A stretch of DNA of 62,820 bases, filler included, from Nemertoderma westbladi (GCA_032718475.1; 2 parts of 2 records of this genome joined end to end with filler, not necessarily neighbours in it); one strand, 5' to 3'. Positions 25,392-36,446 are shown, counted from the whole stretch's first letter. Notes: generated by a model from the letters alone, not told the origin. Made by a program: numbers and translations.

Positions 25392-28300
25392 CTATTGCCT
25401 AAATGCCCTGAACCGACGTGCTCCAATCTTATTCAAACTCCGAGGGTTGCGGGTCGGTCTCCTCCGGTTCCGAGGGTTGCGGGCCGGTCTCCTCTAGCTC
25501 CGGGGGTTGCGGGTCTGTCTCCTCCAGCTCTGAGGGTTGCGGGTCGGTATCCTCCAGCTCCGAGGGTTGCGGGTCGGTCTCCTCCGGGTCTGAGGGTTGC
25601 GGGTCGGTTTCCTCTGGCTCCGAGGGTTGTGGGCCGGTCCCCTCCAGTTCCGAGGGTTGCGGGTCGGTCTCCTCCGGGTCTGAGGGTTGTGGGTCGGACT
25701 CCTCTGGCTCCAAGGGTTGCGGGTCGGTCTCCTCCGGGTCTGGGGGTTGCGGGCCGGTCTCCTCCGGCTCCGAGGGTTGCGGGTTGGTCTCCTCCGGGTC
25801 TGGGTGTTGCGGGTCAGTCTCCTCCGGCTCCTGGGGTTGCGGGTTGGTCTCCTCTAGCTCCGGGTGTTGCGGGTCGGTCTCCTCTAGCTCCGAGGGTTGC
25901 TGGTCGGTCCCCTCCGGGGGGTCTGAGGGTTGCGGGCCGGTCTCCTCCGGCTCCGAAGGTTGTGGGCCGGTCTCCTCCAGTTCTGAGGGTTGCGGGTCGG
26001 TCTCCTCCGGGTCTGAGGGTTGCGGGTCGGACTCCTCTGGCTCCAAGGGTTGCGGGTCGGTCTCCTCCGGGTCTGGGGGTTGCGGGCCGGTCTCCTCCGG
26101 CTCCGAGGGTTGCGGGTTGGTCTCCTCCGGGTCTTGGTGTTGCGGGTCGGTCTCCTCCGGCTCCGGGGGTTGCGGGTCGGTCTCCTCCGGCTCCGGGGGT
26201 TGCGGGTTGGTCTCCTCCGGCTCTGGGGGTTGCGGGTCGGTTTCCTCCAGCTCCGAGGGTTGCGGGTCGGTCTCCTCTGGGTCTGAGGGTTGCGGGCCAG
26301 TCTCCTCCAGCTCCGAGGGTTGCGGGAAGCAAACAGAAGTTTTGCATTGGACTATTCAATGCGCGATCGATAAATAATAAGGCTGCAATAATTAAGGATT
26401 ATATAGTCGACTTGAATATTGACATACTTGCTCTTACGGAGACATGGCTGACAGGCAAGGATGAGGATGACTCTGTCGTGGAGGAAACGTGCCCTGCTGG
26501 ATTTAAATTCGCACACGAACCCAGAACATGGACATCAGGTGGTGGAGTTGGCTGCGCTTACAAGGGCAGTTTGGATATGGAACCATTCAAGATCGTACGA
26601 GCTACATATCGATCTTTCGAATATATTGAATTGACACTAACGCAGCTTGGTGCCTACTTCCGCCTGTTAATTCTGTACCGTACTTATCCCTCAACAGTAA
26701 ACAAACTAAATACATCGATGTTCCTTGAGGAATTTAGTGATATACTGCAACAACTTATGGTGGCAACGGGGAAATTAATTATTATGGGAGATTTTAACTT
26801 CTGGGTGGATGATTCAACAAATAAGGAATCTGCAAGTTTCTTAGATGTTGTGAACTGTTTTGGCATGGAACAATTATTACATGAGGCAACACACCGCAAA
26901 GGACACACTTTAGATTTGGTGTTGATGCACAAAGACGATATCGATATAATTAAGGATATACGGGTGTGTGACATCGGTATCTCGGATCACTACTTAATAT
27001 GTTTTGATATATCACTACCAAAACCTATTGCGGTAAAAAAGATTATTTCGCACAGGAAACTGAGCCGTATAAACATGGGCAACTTGATTTCAGATATCGA
27101 AACATCAGCATTATGTTTAAACCCACTACCGCATGACGTTGACCAACTGGTAGAACTCTATGACAAAACACTATTATCACTACTGGATAGACATGCACCA
27201 TTGGTAACGAAGACAGTAATTGAGCGTCCAATGGCACCATGGTATACCGAGTCAATAGCCAATGAGAAGAGAACTAGACGCCGATTGGAGCGCAAATATC
27301 GGACAACGAAACTGCATGTTGACCTCTTGGAATACAGAAACCAATGTTACAAGGTAGCGGCGGCCATCTCAACGGCTAAGGAACAATATTATAGCGGGAT
27401 AATCAAGAACAATTCAGAGGACCTAAAAACACTATTTAAAGTCGTCAATAAAGTTTTACACAGAGGAAATAAGGTTATATTACCGAGACATAATTCTGAA
27501 TTGGAATTAGCTAACAGATTTGTAAACTACTTCGATAATAAGATTAAATCTATTCGAGATGGTCTAAACCACAATGGGACGTCATCCGGGACGCCATCCG
27601 GGACGCCTCCCACGCCACCTGGGACGCCTCCCTCGCCGTCTGGGGTGCTGCCCGCGCCGTCCGGGGTGCCTCCACCCACGCCATGCGGGTCGCCTCCCAG
27701 GCCATCCGGGATGCCTCCCACGCCATCCGGGACGCCTCCCTCGCCGTCTGGGGTGCTGCCCGCGCCATCCGGGGTGCCTACACCCACGCCATGCGGGTCG
27801 CCTCCCAGGCCATCTGGTACGCCTCCCGCGCCGTCCGGGACGCCTCAAGGACCGTCAGGGACGCCTCCCACGTCATCCAGGGCGCCTCTCGCTCCGACCA
27901 GGGTACCTCCTGCACCATCCGGGGCGCCGTCCGGGACGCCTCCCGCACCGTCCAGGGTGCCTCCCGCGCCGTCCGGGACGCCTCCAGCACCGGTCCTTCA
28001 CAAATTTTGTGACGTAACGAGCGACGGCGTTGAAAAACTGATAAGCGACTCGAAGTCAAAATCAAGTCCACGTGACCCGATTCCAACCAGCATACTAAAG
28101 ATGTCCTTAAAACCACTATTGATGGTCATTACATTGATAATTAACTTATCTTTACGAACTGGAACTGTGGCTTCGCGTTTCAAAGAAGCAATTCTCACAC
28201 CAATACTAAAGAAATTGCGATTAGACCCGGAAATACTCAATCACTTTAGACCGGTTTCGAACTTACTGTACATTTCCAAATTAACTGAGAAGGTGGTGGT

Positions 28301-29576
28301 AGAGCAGTTAAAGCACCACATGAATCTGAACGGTCTGCATGAACCCTACCAGAGTGCCTACCGCCCATTACACGGTACGGAAACTGCTTTGTTATCTGTT
28401 GCTGATACGGTACTTCGTGGAATTGACGATGGTTCGGTGTGTTTGTTTATCACACTTGATTTAAGCGCGGCATTCGACACGGTTGAACATAGCAAACTAT
28501 TGCAGATACTTAAACACGATATTGGCATTGATGGCGTCGCCCTTAAATGGTTCGTATCATATCTATCGGAGCGCTCGCAACAGGTGCGTATTGGGAATAC
28601 ATATTCCATCGCAAAGCACCTCCGCTATGGACTACCACAGGGTTCGGTATTGGGTCCGATTCTGTTTACGGTATACACGCGTTCACTATCAGCTGTAATA
28701 AAGCGGCATGGTCTACATTGTCATTTCTACGCGGATGATACCCAATTATATTTGATTTTCAAGCCAATTGAATTAAACAGCGCTGTAAAAGTAACTGAGA
28801 GTTGCCTCGTGGATGTGCTGGAGTGGATGGATAAAAACTACTTAAAAATGAATTCCGATAAAACTAAAGTCCTGTTATTGCAGTCCAGGTTCGGCATCCA
28901 GCAGGACCCCCCAGTACTGACCATTGGGAGCGACATAATATCGTGCAGCCCAAACGTTCGCAATATCGGGTTCGAATTAGACTCTCGGCTTACAATGTGC
29001 AAGCAAATAGGAATCACCGTTCGTGAGGCATTCTTCCATTTAAGGAATCTTTCAAAGATAAAGCGATACGTCAACAAACAAAACATGGAAATACTTATAC
29101 ACGCACTTGTAACATCAAAGCTTGACGCCAATAATTCTCTCTACTACGGTCTGCCAAAAAAATCCATTCAGAAACTACAGTACGTTCAAAACTCCGCGGC
29201 TCGACTTCTATGTGGTGTAAAGAAGAGGGACCATATAACTCCAACCCTAAAAGCATTGCACTGGTTACCTATAGTTCGCCGTATAGACTTTAAAATTGCC
29301 TTGCTAACTTGGAAATGCGTAAATAACTGTGCCCCGAAGTATCTAAGCGACTTACTAACTCCGTACCTACCCATCCGCGAGATGCGATCCAGCGGGCTGG
29401 GTTTACTCGTGGCCCCTCGCTACAATACGGAACATTATGGTAGGCGATCGTTCTCCATTGCTGCTCCAACTGTATGGAACGCATTGCCTCCGGCCATACG
29501 CGAATCATCGAATGTGGGCATTTTTAAGAAACGTCTAAAAACTCACCTGTACAATCTGGAATACCACGTGAACTAG
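25392..29576 (+). CDS. LINE ORF2: APE endonuclease + reverse transcriptase, in frame with ORF1
   Basis: FNARS, LTETW, GGGVG, MGDFN, GHTLDL, SDHYL; FRPVSNL, YQSAYR, DLSAAFDTV, GLPQGSVLGP, YADDTQ; L2-type C-terminus HITPTLKALHWLP..WNALP..FKKRLKTHL. Confidence 0.95.
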   Translation, partial: LLPKCPEPTCSNLIQTPRVAGRSPPVPRVAGRSPLAPGVAGLSPPALRVAGRYPPAPRVAGRSPPGLRVAGRFPLAPRVVGRSPPVPRVAGRSPPGLRVVGRTPLAPRVAGRSPPGLGVAGRSPPAPRVAGWSPPGLGVAGQSPPAPGVAGWSPLAPGVAGRSPLAPRVAGRSPPGGLRVAGRSPPAPKVVGRSPPVLRVAGRSPPGLRVAGRTPLAPRVAGRSPPGLGVAGRSPPAPRVAGWSPPGLGVAGRSPPAPGVAGRSPPAPGVAGWSPPALGVAGRFPPAPRVAGRSPLGLRVAGQSPPAPRVAGSKQKFCIGLFNARSINNKAAIIKDYIVDLNIDILALTETWLTGKDEDDSVVEETCPAGFKFAHEPRTWTSGGGVGCAYKGSLDMEPFKIVRATYRSFEYIELTLTQLGAYFRLLILYRTYPSTVNKLNTSMFLEEFSDILQQLMVATGKLIIMGDFNFWVDDSTNKESASFLDVVNCFGMEQLLHEATHRKGHTLDLVLMHKDDIDIIKDIRVCDIGISDHYLICFDISLPKPIAVKKIISHRKLSRINMGNLISDIETSALCLNPLPHDVDQLVELYDKTLLSLLDRHAPLVTKTVIERPMAPWYTESIANEKRTRRRLERKYRTTKLHVDLLEYRNQCYKVAAAISTAKEQYYSGIIKNNSEDLKTLFKVVNKVLHRGNKVILPRHNSELELANRFVNYFDNKIKSIRDGLNHNGTSSGTPSGTPPTPPGTPPSPSGVLPAPSGVPPPTPCGSPPRPSGMPPTPSGTPPSPSGVLPAPSGVPTPTPCGSPPRPSGTPPAPSGTPQGPSGTPPTSSRAPLAPTRVPPAPSGAPSGTPPAPSRVPPAPSGTPPAPVLHKFCDVTSDGVEKLISDSKSKSSPRDPIPTSILKMSLKPLLMVITLIINLSLRTGTVASRFKEAILTPILKKLRLDPEILNHFRPVSNLLYISKLTEKVVVEQLKHHMNLNGLHEPYQSAYRPLHGTETALLSVADTVLRGIDDGSVCLFITLDLSAAFDTVEHSKLLQILKHDIGIDGVALKWFVSYLSERSQQVRIGNTYSIAKHLRYGLPQGSVLGPILFTVYTRSLSAVIKRHGLHCHFYADDTQLYLIFKPIELNSAVKVTESCLVDVLEWMDKNYLKMNSDKTKVLLLQSRFGIQQDPPVLTIGSDIISCSPNVRNIGFELDSRLTMCKQIGITVREAFFHLRNLSKIKRYVNKQNMEILIHALVTSKLDANNSLYYGLPKKSIQKLQYVQNSAARLLCGVKKRDHITPTLKALHWLPIVRRIDFKIALLTWKCVNNCAPKYLSDLLTPYLPIREMRSSGLGLLVAPRYNTEHYGRRSFSIAAPTVWNALPPAIRESSNVGIFKKRLKTHLYNLEYHVN
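25439..26326 (+). repeat. 30-bp GC-rich minisatellite (~29 units) encoding (RVAGRSPPAP)n
   Basis: Unit CCGAGGGTTGCGGGTCGGTCTCCTCCGGCT. Confidence 0.95.
27577..27992 (+). repeat. 21-bp minisatellite encoding (PSGTPPx)n between endonuclease and RT
   Basis: Unit CCGTCCGGGACGCCTCCCGCG and variants. Confidence 0.9.
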
Positions 29577-30157
29577 TGTCTTATATTACGCTGTGCATAT
29601 GAAGTTAAATCTAAACTAAACATTATTTATTTGTTTTTATGGACGACTGACATTTTTTAATTAATTACTTTCAATTTTAAATTTAATTTTAACTTAAGTA
29701 CTGGATGTATACACGATTGTTTTTAACATCAATATATTTTAAATCTTAAAAAGTCCACCATAACAGTTGTTTTTATTGTTTGTTTTTACTATTAATTTTA
29801 ATTCATTATCACTGCCATTATATTCTATTCTGCCATTAATTACATTTTAATTTAACCCGCACTGGAATGCTTGCGTTGATCGTTTTTTTATTGTTTGTTT
29901 TTTACTATATGCTACAATATTTACGATGATCGTTTTTATTGTTTGTTTTTACTATATTTTATGATGTTTTTATTGTTGGTTTTTAATTACTACATTATTT
30001 TAGTTGATTTTTTTTTTTTATTTCATAACTATTGCTATTGCAGTCACGAACTATTAATTACTGTGTACTATGTGTTGTCAGCGCCTTAGAGTACGTATAT
30101 TATGTAAATTTGGCGCTATATAAATAAATATATATTATTATTATTATTATTATTATA

Positions 30158-31727
30158 AAGGTAAACGAAGTTCTTAGCTATGACTCATCACTTGAAAATG
30201 TCTTATCGACTGACAATGACCAAAACATAGACCTAGAGAATGATGAGACTGATACAGAGTTAATTGATGACGAACAGTATATTAATTATCAAATGCAGAA
30301 TTATAATTCTTTGCAAGGAAATTTTGTTAACGATGAACATGACAAATTAAGTGAAATCTTGCGAGCTCAGGCTGAATATAATGCTGAGCAACAACTCGTA
30401 AGTATAATGAAACAAGAAAGGGAGGGACCAACTTCTTATGAGAAAGCCTTATCTGTTGAAGATGAGCGATCCCGTGACATACAACGGACTACCACAAAAT
30501 TCTTAAAGAATGAAGGTAAGTATGAAATAGGTTTACTTTGGCGCTCTCGGGATCCCAAGTTCCATAACAACAGAATTCTAGCAGAGAAGAGAGTGGAACA
30601 ATTAAAGCGACGATTGGCTGCAAACCATAACGCATGGCACATGTATAGGGAACAGATGGAGAAGTTCATCACAAAAGGGTATGCTGAAGAAGTGCCAACA
30701 AGGACACCAGAATCAAATCGGACATACTATATAACTCATCACTATGTGGAACGTCCCGACAAGCCAGATACTGTGAGAGTGGTCTTTGATGCTTCAGCTC
30801 TATATAAAGGACAGTCTCTGAATTCAGAATTAATGACTGGTCCCAACATGTTGCAATCCCTTCTAGGAATCTTGATTCGCCTTCGCCAATACTCGATCGC
30901 CTTCGCCTCAGATATTGAAGGCATGTTTTTACAAGTGAAGGCCCTACAAGTAGACAGAGATAGCCTCCGGTTTTTTTGGTGGCCAGACGGAGACTTTAGA
31001 AAACCTCTGAAGGAATATTGGATGACGGTACAAGCGTTTGGCATTAATTCCAGCCCATCTAACTCATGCTTCATTGTTCATACCACGGCGGACGATAACC
31101 AACATGATTTCTCGCCCGCCGTCCTAGAAAATATCAAGAAAGATATATATATGGATGACAACTTGAAGTCTGTTCCAACCGTTGAGGAGGCGATAAGCAT
31201 AGCGAAAGGTACAGTAGAATGTCTTAAACGAGGAGGATTCAAGCTCACGAAGTTCGCTAGCAACTCCAGAGAGTTCCTGGACTCAATACCATTCGAAGAC
31301 CGTGGTGCGAAAAATCTGGATTTGACACGTGATGATTTACCGGAAACAAAGACATTAGGTTTAAGATGGAACGCCGAAACTGATGAAATGTCATTCAAAC
31401 TACAGGTGAGAAGTGAGAGTAAACGTACTAAGAGAATATGCCTTAGCATATTAAGCACCTATTTTGATCCCATTGGTTTCATTGGCCCAGTTATCTTGAC
31501 GGCTAGGTGTATAGTTCGGGATATGTGGGAAGAAAACAATTCCTGGGATGACCCGTTGACTGGTAAGTTGTTGGCCCGTTGGCAAGCTTGGGAGGAGACT
31601 TTGCCAGAAATTGAGGACTTTAAGGTACCACGGGCCTACTTTGGCCATGTACTACCTAATTATGAGTACCAGTTACATGTCTTCAGTGATGCGAGCAAGG
31701 TTGGACTAGGTATTGTAGCTTACTTGC
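30158..31727 (+). CDS. BEL/Pao Pol continuation: reverse transcriptase and start of RNase H, truncated by the contig end
   Basis: YYITHH, VRVVFDAS, SLNSELMTGP, DIEGMFLQV, FGINSSP, YMDD, KTLGLRW, FDPIGF, LHVFSDAS; frame open from 30158. Confidence 0.95.
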
Positions 31728-31827
31728 NNNNNNNNNNNNNNNNNNNNNNNNNNNNNNNNNNNNNNNNNNNNTTAATTAATTAANNNNNNNNNNNNNNNNN
31801 NNNNNNNNNNNNNNNNNNNNNNNNNNN
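31728..31827. other. Artificial contig linker (N44-TTAATTAATTAA-N44)
   Basis: 100-nt spacer containing a six-frame stop cassette. Confidence 0.97.
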
Positions 31828-32463
31828 AATATTCGAGAACACTCAATTATTTACCATTGAGTAAGTAACATTGACGTTACTTTTTCCCGGCGAAAAAAGG
31901 TAATATATTAAAATTTCTTACACGGGAAAAAAGTATAATTTTTTTTCGCTATTGGTATTTTATTTACCCCGGTGCCAGCGAGGTGAATAAAAAGAGTCGA
32001 GATCGAGAGAATATAATATAATCTCTATACCACGTCCTTAATTGATTCAGTCAGAACTTGATTCATACATAAACAAAATGTTCTAGAATATGGTGTAATT
32101 AATTGATATAATAAATTAGCCTCGCGCTAATCTAATGTAAAACCAAGAAACCATCGAACGGCGATGTCTCCGCGATTTCCCAACGAAATTTAATAAAAAT
32201 GTTTTTTATATATAAAAAAAAAAAAAATGAAAAAAAAAATTCTTCAATAAAAAATTTCAATAAAATTTCGACCGAAAAGTGAAAACCTGGTATTCTTAAC
32301 TCTCATGGACTGACCTCATTATCACTATTTTATCATTGTAATTATCAACACTATATAAATGTCGTAGAATTTGAGATTGAAAAACACTAGAAACGTTTTT
32401 ATAAGCAGGAAAAATAACTATAATTTACAAAAATTGCAATAATTATTAATTGACAATATATAT

Positions 32464-35266
32464 TTATTTAAATGTGACAGTAAACTCGTTATTAGCGTAC
32501 TTGGAGGGAAGTTTACGGGGTCTACGCTGTCTCGAGCTATCGAGACTACTGCAACTATCGCTGTGACTACTGCTACCGGACGGGGACCGCTGTGGCTGCG
32601 GGCTCACTGTCACTGCGTCCGACACTGTCTGCTGTCGGTCCGATACTGTCTGCTGTCGGTCCGACACTGTCTGCTGTCGGTCCGACGACACAACCGACGG
32701 GCCTTTAAGGAGAGACGACAAAACTGTTTTACTTTTCGGTGAGAATTTTAAATTCTGTGAGTATTTAAATAAACGAGGTAGACCTTGTGTTCTAGAAGTC
32801 GACTGCTTCTTCGTGGAGTGAGTTGCCTTGGAAACAGGCGGTTGCGTGGGCGGTTTAACCGTTGCCACGATCCGTGGTGAGGCCCCGGTTGCCCCGGGAG
32901 ACGGCCGGATTAGGATGATCCGATTGGTCGTCGGGGGAGACGGTTGTGACGTAATGGATTGGCATGACAACGTAGACCGGGGAATCAAGCCGGTCTCTAC
33001 GGCGGAGTTGGTGGAGAACCCGGGGCTGGCTTTCGCAGGAGGATGAGCAAGCTAATCGCACGGAAGAGGAGACCACAGGGGGGTTGACGGCTCCTCCGGG
33101 GGAGGCAAGGAGAGACCCCGAGGTCGAGACAACAACCTCCCCTGTACTGCGGATAACCATCTTCATAGGGGAGATAATATGCGCGGTCACGTGATCCGAA
33201 GGCAGGTGACCCGGTGTAGGCGAAGTCTTTGAGTAGTTGTGGTCCCGGGAAGGGGGAGACACCAAAACGGCGCCATCTAGCGGCGTTGGGAGCAAGGAGG
33301 GCGAGGCTACGGGACTGGGAGAGTTGCTGCACGTGGCCGGGATCGTGCTGAGAGAGCAGTCGCTCGCGCAATCGTCGTGGTCAGTGGCGGAGGCGACGAC
33401 ACAATCGGAGCCGACGGAGGGAGGGAACCCGGGGAGTTGGAGGTGCGAGGGGGCTGTAAGGGGGGCGGTGGGGGGTTGGGGAGCTGTAAGGGGGGCGGTG
33501 GGGGGTTGGGGAGCTGTAAGGGGGGCGGTGGGGGGTTGGGGAGCTGTAAGAGGGGCGGTGGGGTGTTGGGGAGCTGTAAGGGGGGTCGAAGGGGCAGTAA
33601 GGGGGGCTGCTAGGGGGGTGATAAGGGGCGAGTTGTACACGGCTTGGTTGGGTAGACCCGACGGGTTTACTACGGGTTGGCTGGAGGTCCAACACCCGTG
33701 TGGGTTCCCCCATGAAGGGGCGTTCCACACGGGCAGCTGGGCGGGGGGCCACACGGCTGGGTTGGGAGCGGCCGCCGCCCCCCAGAAGGGGGCAGGGGGG
33801 GCGCTGTTCGAGGAAGTTGTAGGAAGTGACGGGGATTAGAGTCGGCTGGGAGAGAACCACCGACTCTAAGGATTTCAGCACCGATGACTGGGCCGCCCGG
33901 GACCGTGGAAGGCGGTACGATAATCATGAACTGTCCGAGTCGGTACATCATCGGTTGGAGACCGAACGGGGCGGTACTCGGAGGGGGCGGGACGCTGGCG
34001 GGAGGAGCGGTCGCTAGGGTTACCGGGGGCGGGGGGTGAGCCGTGGAGTGACGTCGCAACGACTCGTTGATTTCGTTTAGTTCCGGTGGGGGGCGCCCCA
34101 GCCGCGTGGCGATTAGATCCGCGGGATTCCCGCCGCTAGAGGGCGCTGGGAGGAGTTTCCGGGGGCGACCACGCTTCCGTTTATCGACCGCAATGACGTC
34201 ACTGACCCGGGGTCCCAGATTGACCGCGGACGGCCGGATCTCGCAGCCCTCCGGGGAGATGAGCTTCCCGAACCCCTCTGACTCTTCCACCCGTTCCTCC
34301 GGCGGCTGTTCCTCCGGTTTCCGATGCCTCCCTATCGCCCGGGACGGTCGCATCTTCCGGACCGGTTTCGGCGCCTCCGTTTCCTCCTCCGCGCTCCTCT
34401 CGGACGCCTCCGACTCCTCCGTTATCAACACCGGAATCCGGTTCCGCATCGATCCCCGACCCATCGAGTAATCCGTCTCGCTGTCGTCCTCACTGCTCTC
34501 CTCCCGCCGATTCCTCCTCCCCTCCTCCCACTCCCGTCGCAGACTCCCCATCTGCTCCTCCGCCGCTCTCAGCTGACTCAACGTCTCCCCTTCCAAGTCC
34601 TTCTCCAAGACGCGCAACGCGTACAACTCGATCGCCGATAAGTGGCTCTCTAGAACAGAGAACTCCGCCTCCAAACCAACCTTCGGCTTAACAGCCTCCT
34701 CCTCAACCTCCTTTGAAGGAACATCCTCTGCGAACTCAACGTCCTCAGCAACAGCCTCCGCTTTAGCAGCAGCCGCAGCTTTAACGTCATTCTCATCTTC
34801 CATCTCCGCTAATGCTTCTTCGATATCTTTATGAACGTCATTCACTTTATCATCGACTTTAACAGCGGAATCTTCGTCTCCCAATATATTAAACAAGTCC
34901 TGTAGATTGGCCTCTTTAAAGAATGTTGTTGTGAAGCTTCCCTCTTCTATAGCCATGTCTCCGAGCATCCTCTTCTGGTTGGCTTTCCGCAGGATGTTCT
35001 CCTCTATGGTTCGCTCGCTGACCAGTCTGTAGATGTGTACGTCCCGGGTCTGGCCTATCCGATGGGCACGGTCCTGGGCTTGGGCGTCCATCGTTGGGTT
35101 CCAGTCGCTGTCGTAGAAGACCACGGTGTCCGCCCCCGTGAGGTTGACCCCGAGACCGCCTGACCGGGTAGACAGGATGAAACAGAGGATCCTCGGGTCC
35201 GAGTTGAACCGCTCCATCAGCCATTGGCGTTGGTCCACCTTGGTAGATCCGTCTAGTCGGAGGTAC
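32464..35266 (-). CDS. SRCAP: domino/SRCAP exon 2: helicase C-terminal lobe, AT-hook and Pro/Ser-rich tail (two apparent 1-nt frameshifts)
   Basis: YLRLDGST, FILSTRSGGLGVNLTGADTVVFYDSDWNP, QAQDRAHRIGQTRDVHIYRL; AT-hook KRKRGRPRK; acceptor (C)nAG at 35268-35267. The tail past ~33835 depends on frame corrections. Confidence 0.85.
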
Positions 35267-35449
35267 CTGGGGGGGGGGGGGGGGGGGGGGGTAGACAGTA
35301 TAGACAAAGAAGAGGGGAGAAATAATAAACAGAAAAGGAAATAAACTTATTTATTTAACCACTATCAATGTGGATAAGGGATATTATAAGATCGTAAACG
35401 CCGACGCGCCCCCTCATATGCTCACCGGTCCTTGGACTCTGTCCTCGAG

Positions 35450-35730
35450 CAGAGAGTCCGAGCCAAGAAGGTGCACTATAGCGCGGTGTGCGAGGATAGA
35501 AGCAGAAGGTTCTCCTTCACCCCCCCTTGTCGGAACCACCGATGGGGTGTGGTGCAAGGAGACCGATACCTTCATCAGCCACCTCGCTGAGACCATTGTG
35601 GCTCGGCGGCAGGGGATGCGGGATCGTGGCCTAGCCTGCGTTCTCGGGGGAGTTCGGAGGCGGCTTCAGTTTGCGCTTCTCCGCTCCAACTCCCTCTGTT
35701 TGCGTGGTGGCCGGCGTCCCTGGAGGGCGC
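35450..35730 (+). mobile_element. 3' fragment of a CRE-clade (restriction-like endonuclease) non-LTR element in the domino intron
   Basis: PLVGTTDGVW.KE...F..HLAE....VRRRLQFALLRSNSLCLRG matches the C-terminal pattern of CRE-like elements. Confidence 0.6.
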
Positions 35731-36414
35731 TGGGCTTTGGGGGATGGTGCGGGGTCTGCGGGGGAATGACCTCGCAGACCATTATTAATTCACGGTGCAC
35801 CATTTCTAATTGTATGTTAAATTTTATTGTCTTAATTGTTTTGTTCTGATTGGTGGTGGGATGCTGGTGCAGTTTTATATTTAATTTTGGTTTTATGGAT
35901 TTGGATATTATATTATGTTTGGTTTTATAATAGACCTCCCCTCCGCCCGATATTATTACAATATTACTATATATTACTATATTACAATTAATTAGTATTA
36001 ATACTATTAGTACCAATGTTGTTGCTTTTGTCTTTGTGTGATAAAGAGATCTACAAATGTAATATAAGTATTACGTATTTACCTTGGGGTTAACGGATAA
36101 CTTTATTAAAACTTGTTTCATATTTTTACCTATGTCAAAATGCGCGAGATGAATAGATAATAGATATACCGTGCAGTACCGTTATAATAAACAATAAATA
36201 AATAAATAATTATTTATATTTATTTATTATTTATTATTAATAATTAATTAATTATAATTAATTTATTATTATGTATAATAATAATTAATTCGATACATCG
36301 AACCCATTCGGGGTAAAATGGCAATCAGAAAAAAAATACAACTGATGCAACTAAATTACTTAATACAATATAATATATTCTGTAATTCCGTAATATATTC
36401 TGATGACTCGGATC

Positions 36415-36446
<32 letters not shown>

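Larger units (their letters stand above)
23994..30157 (+). mobile_element. Full-length L2/CR1-group LINE inserted in BEL gag-pol
   Basis: ORF1, APE-RT ORF2, AT-rich 3' UTR, 3' stem AGCGCC(30080)...GGCGCT(30117)ATATAAATAAA, (TAT)n tail; TATA on both sides; excision restores the BEL frame. Confidence 0.95.

Noticed and set aside
25418-26377. 319-aa Ser/Gly/Cys ORF and antisense ORFs over the 30-bp repeat
   Set aside because: The repeat unit lacks stops in several frames; only the frame continuous with ORF1 and the endonuclease is supported.
27527-28116. Multiple overlapping ORFs over the 21-bp repeat
   Set aside because: By-product of a GC-rich repeat.
31772-31783. TTAATTAATTAA palindrome and ORF ending LIN
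   Set aside because: Synthetic linker.
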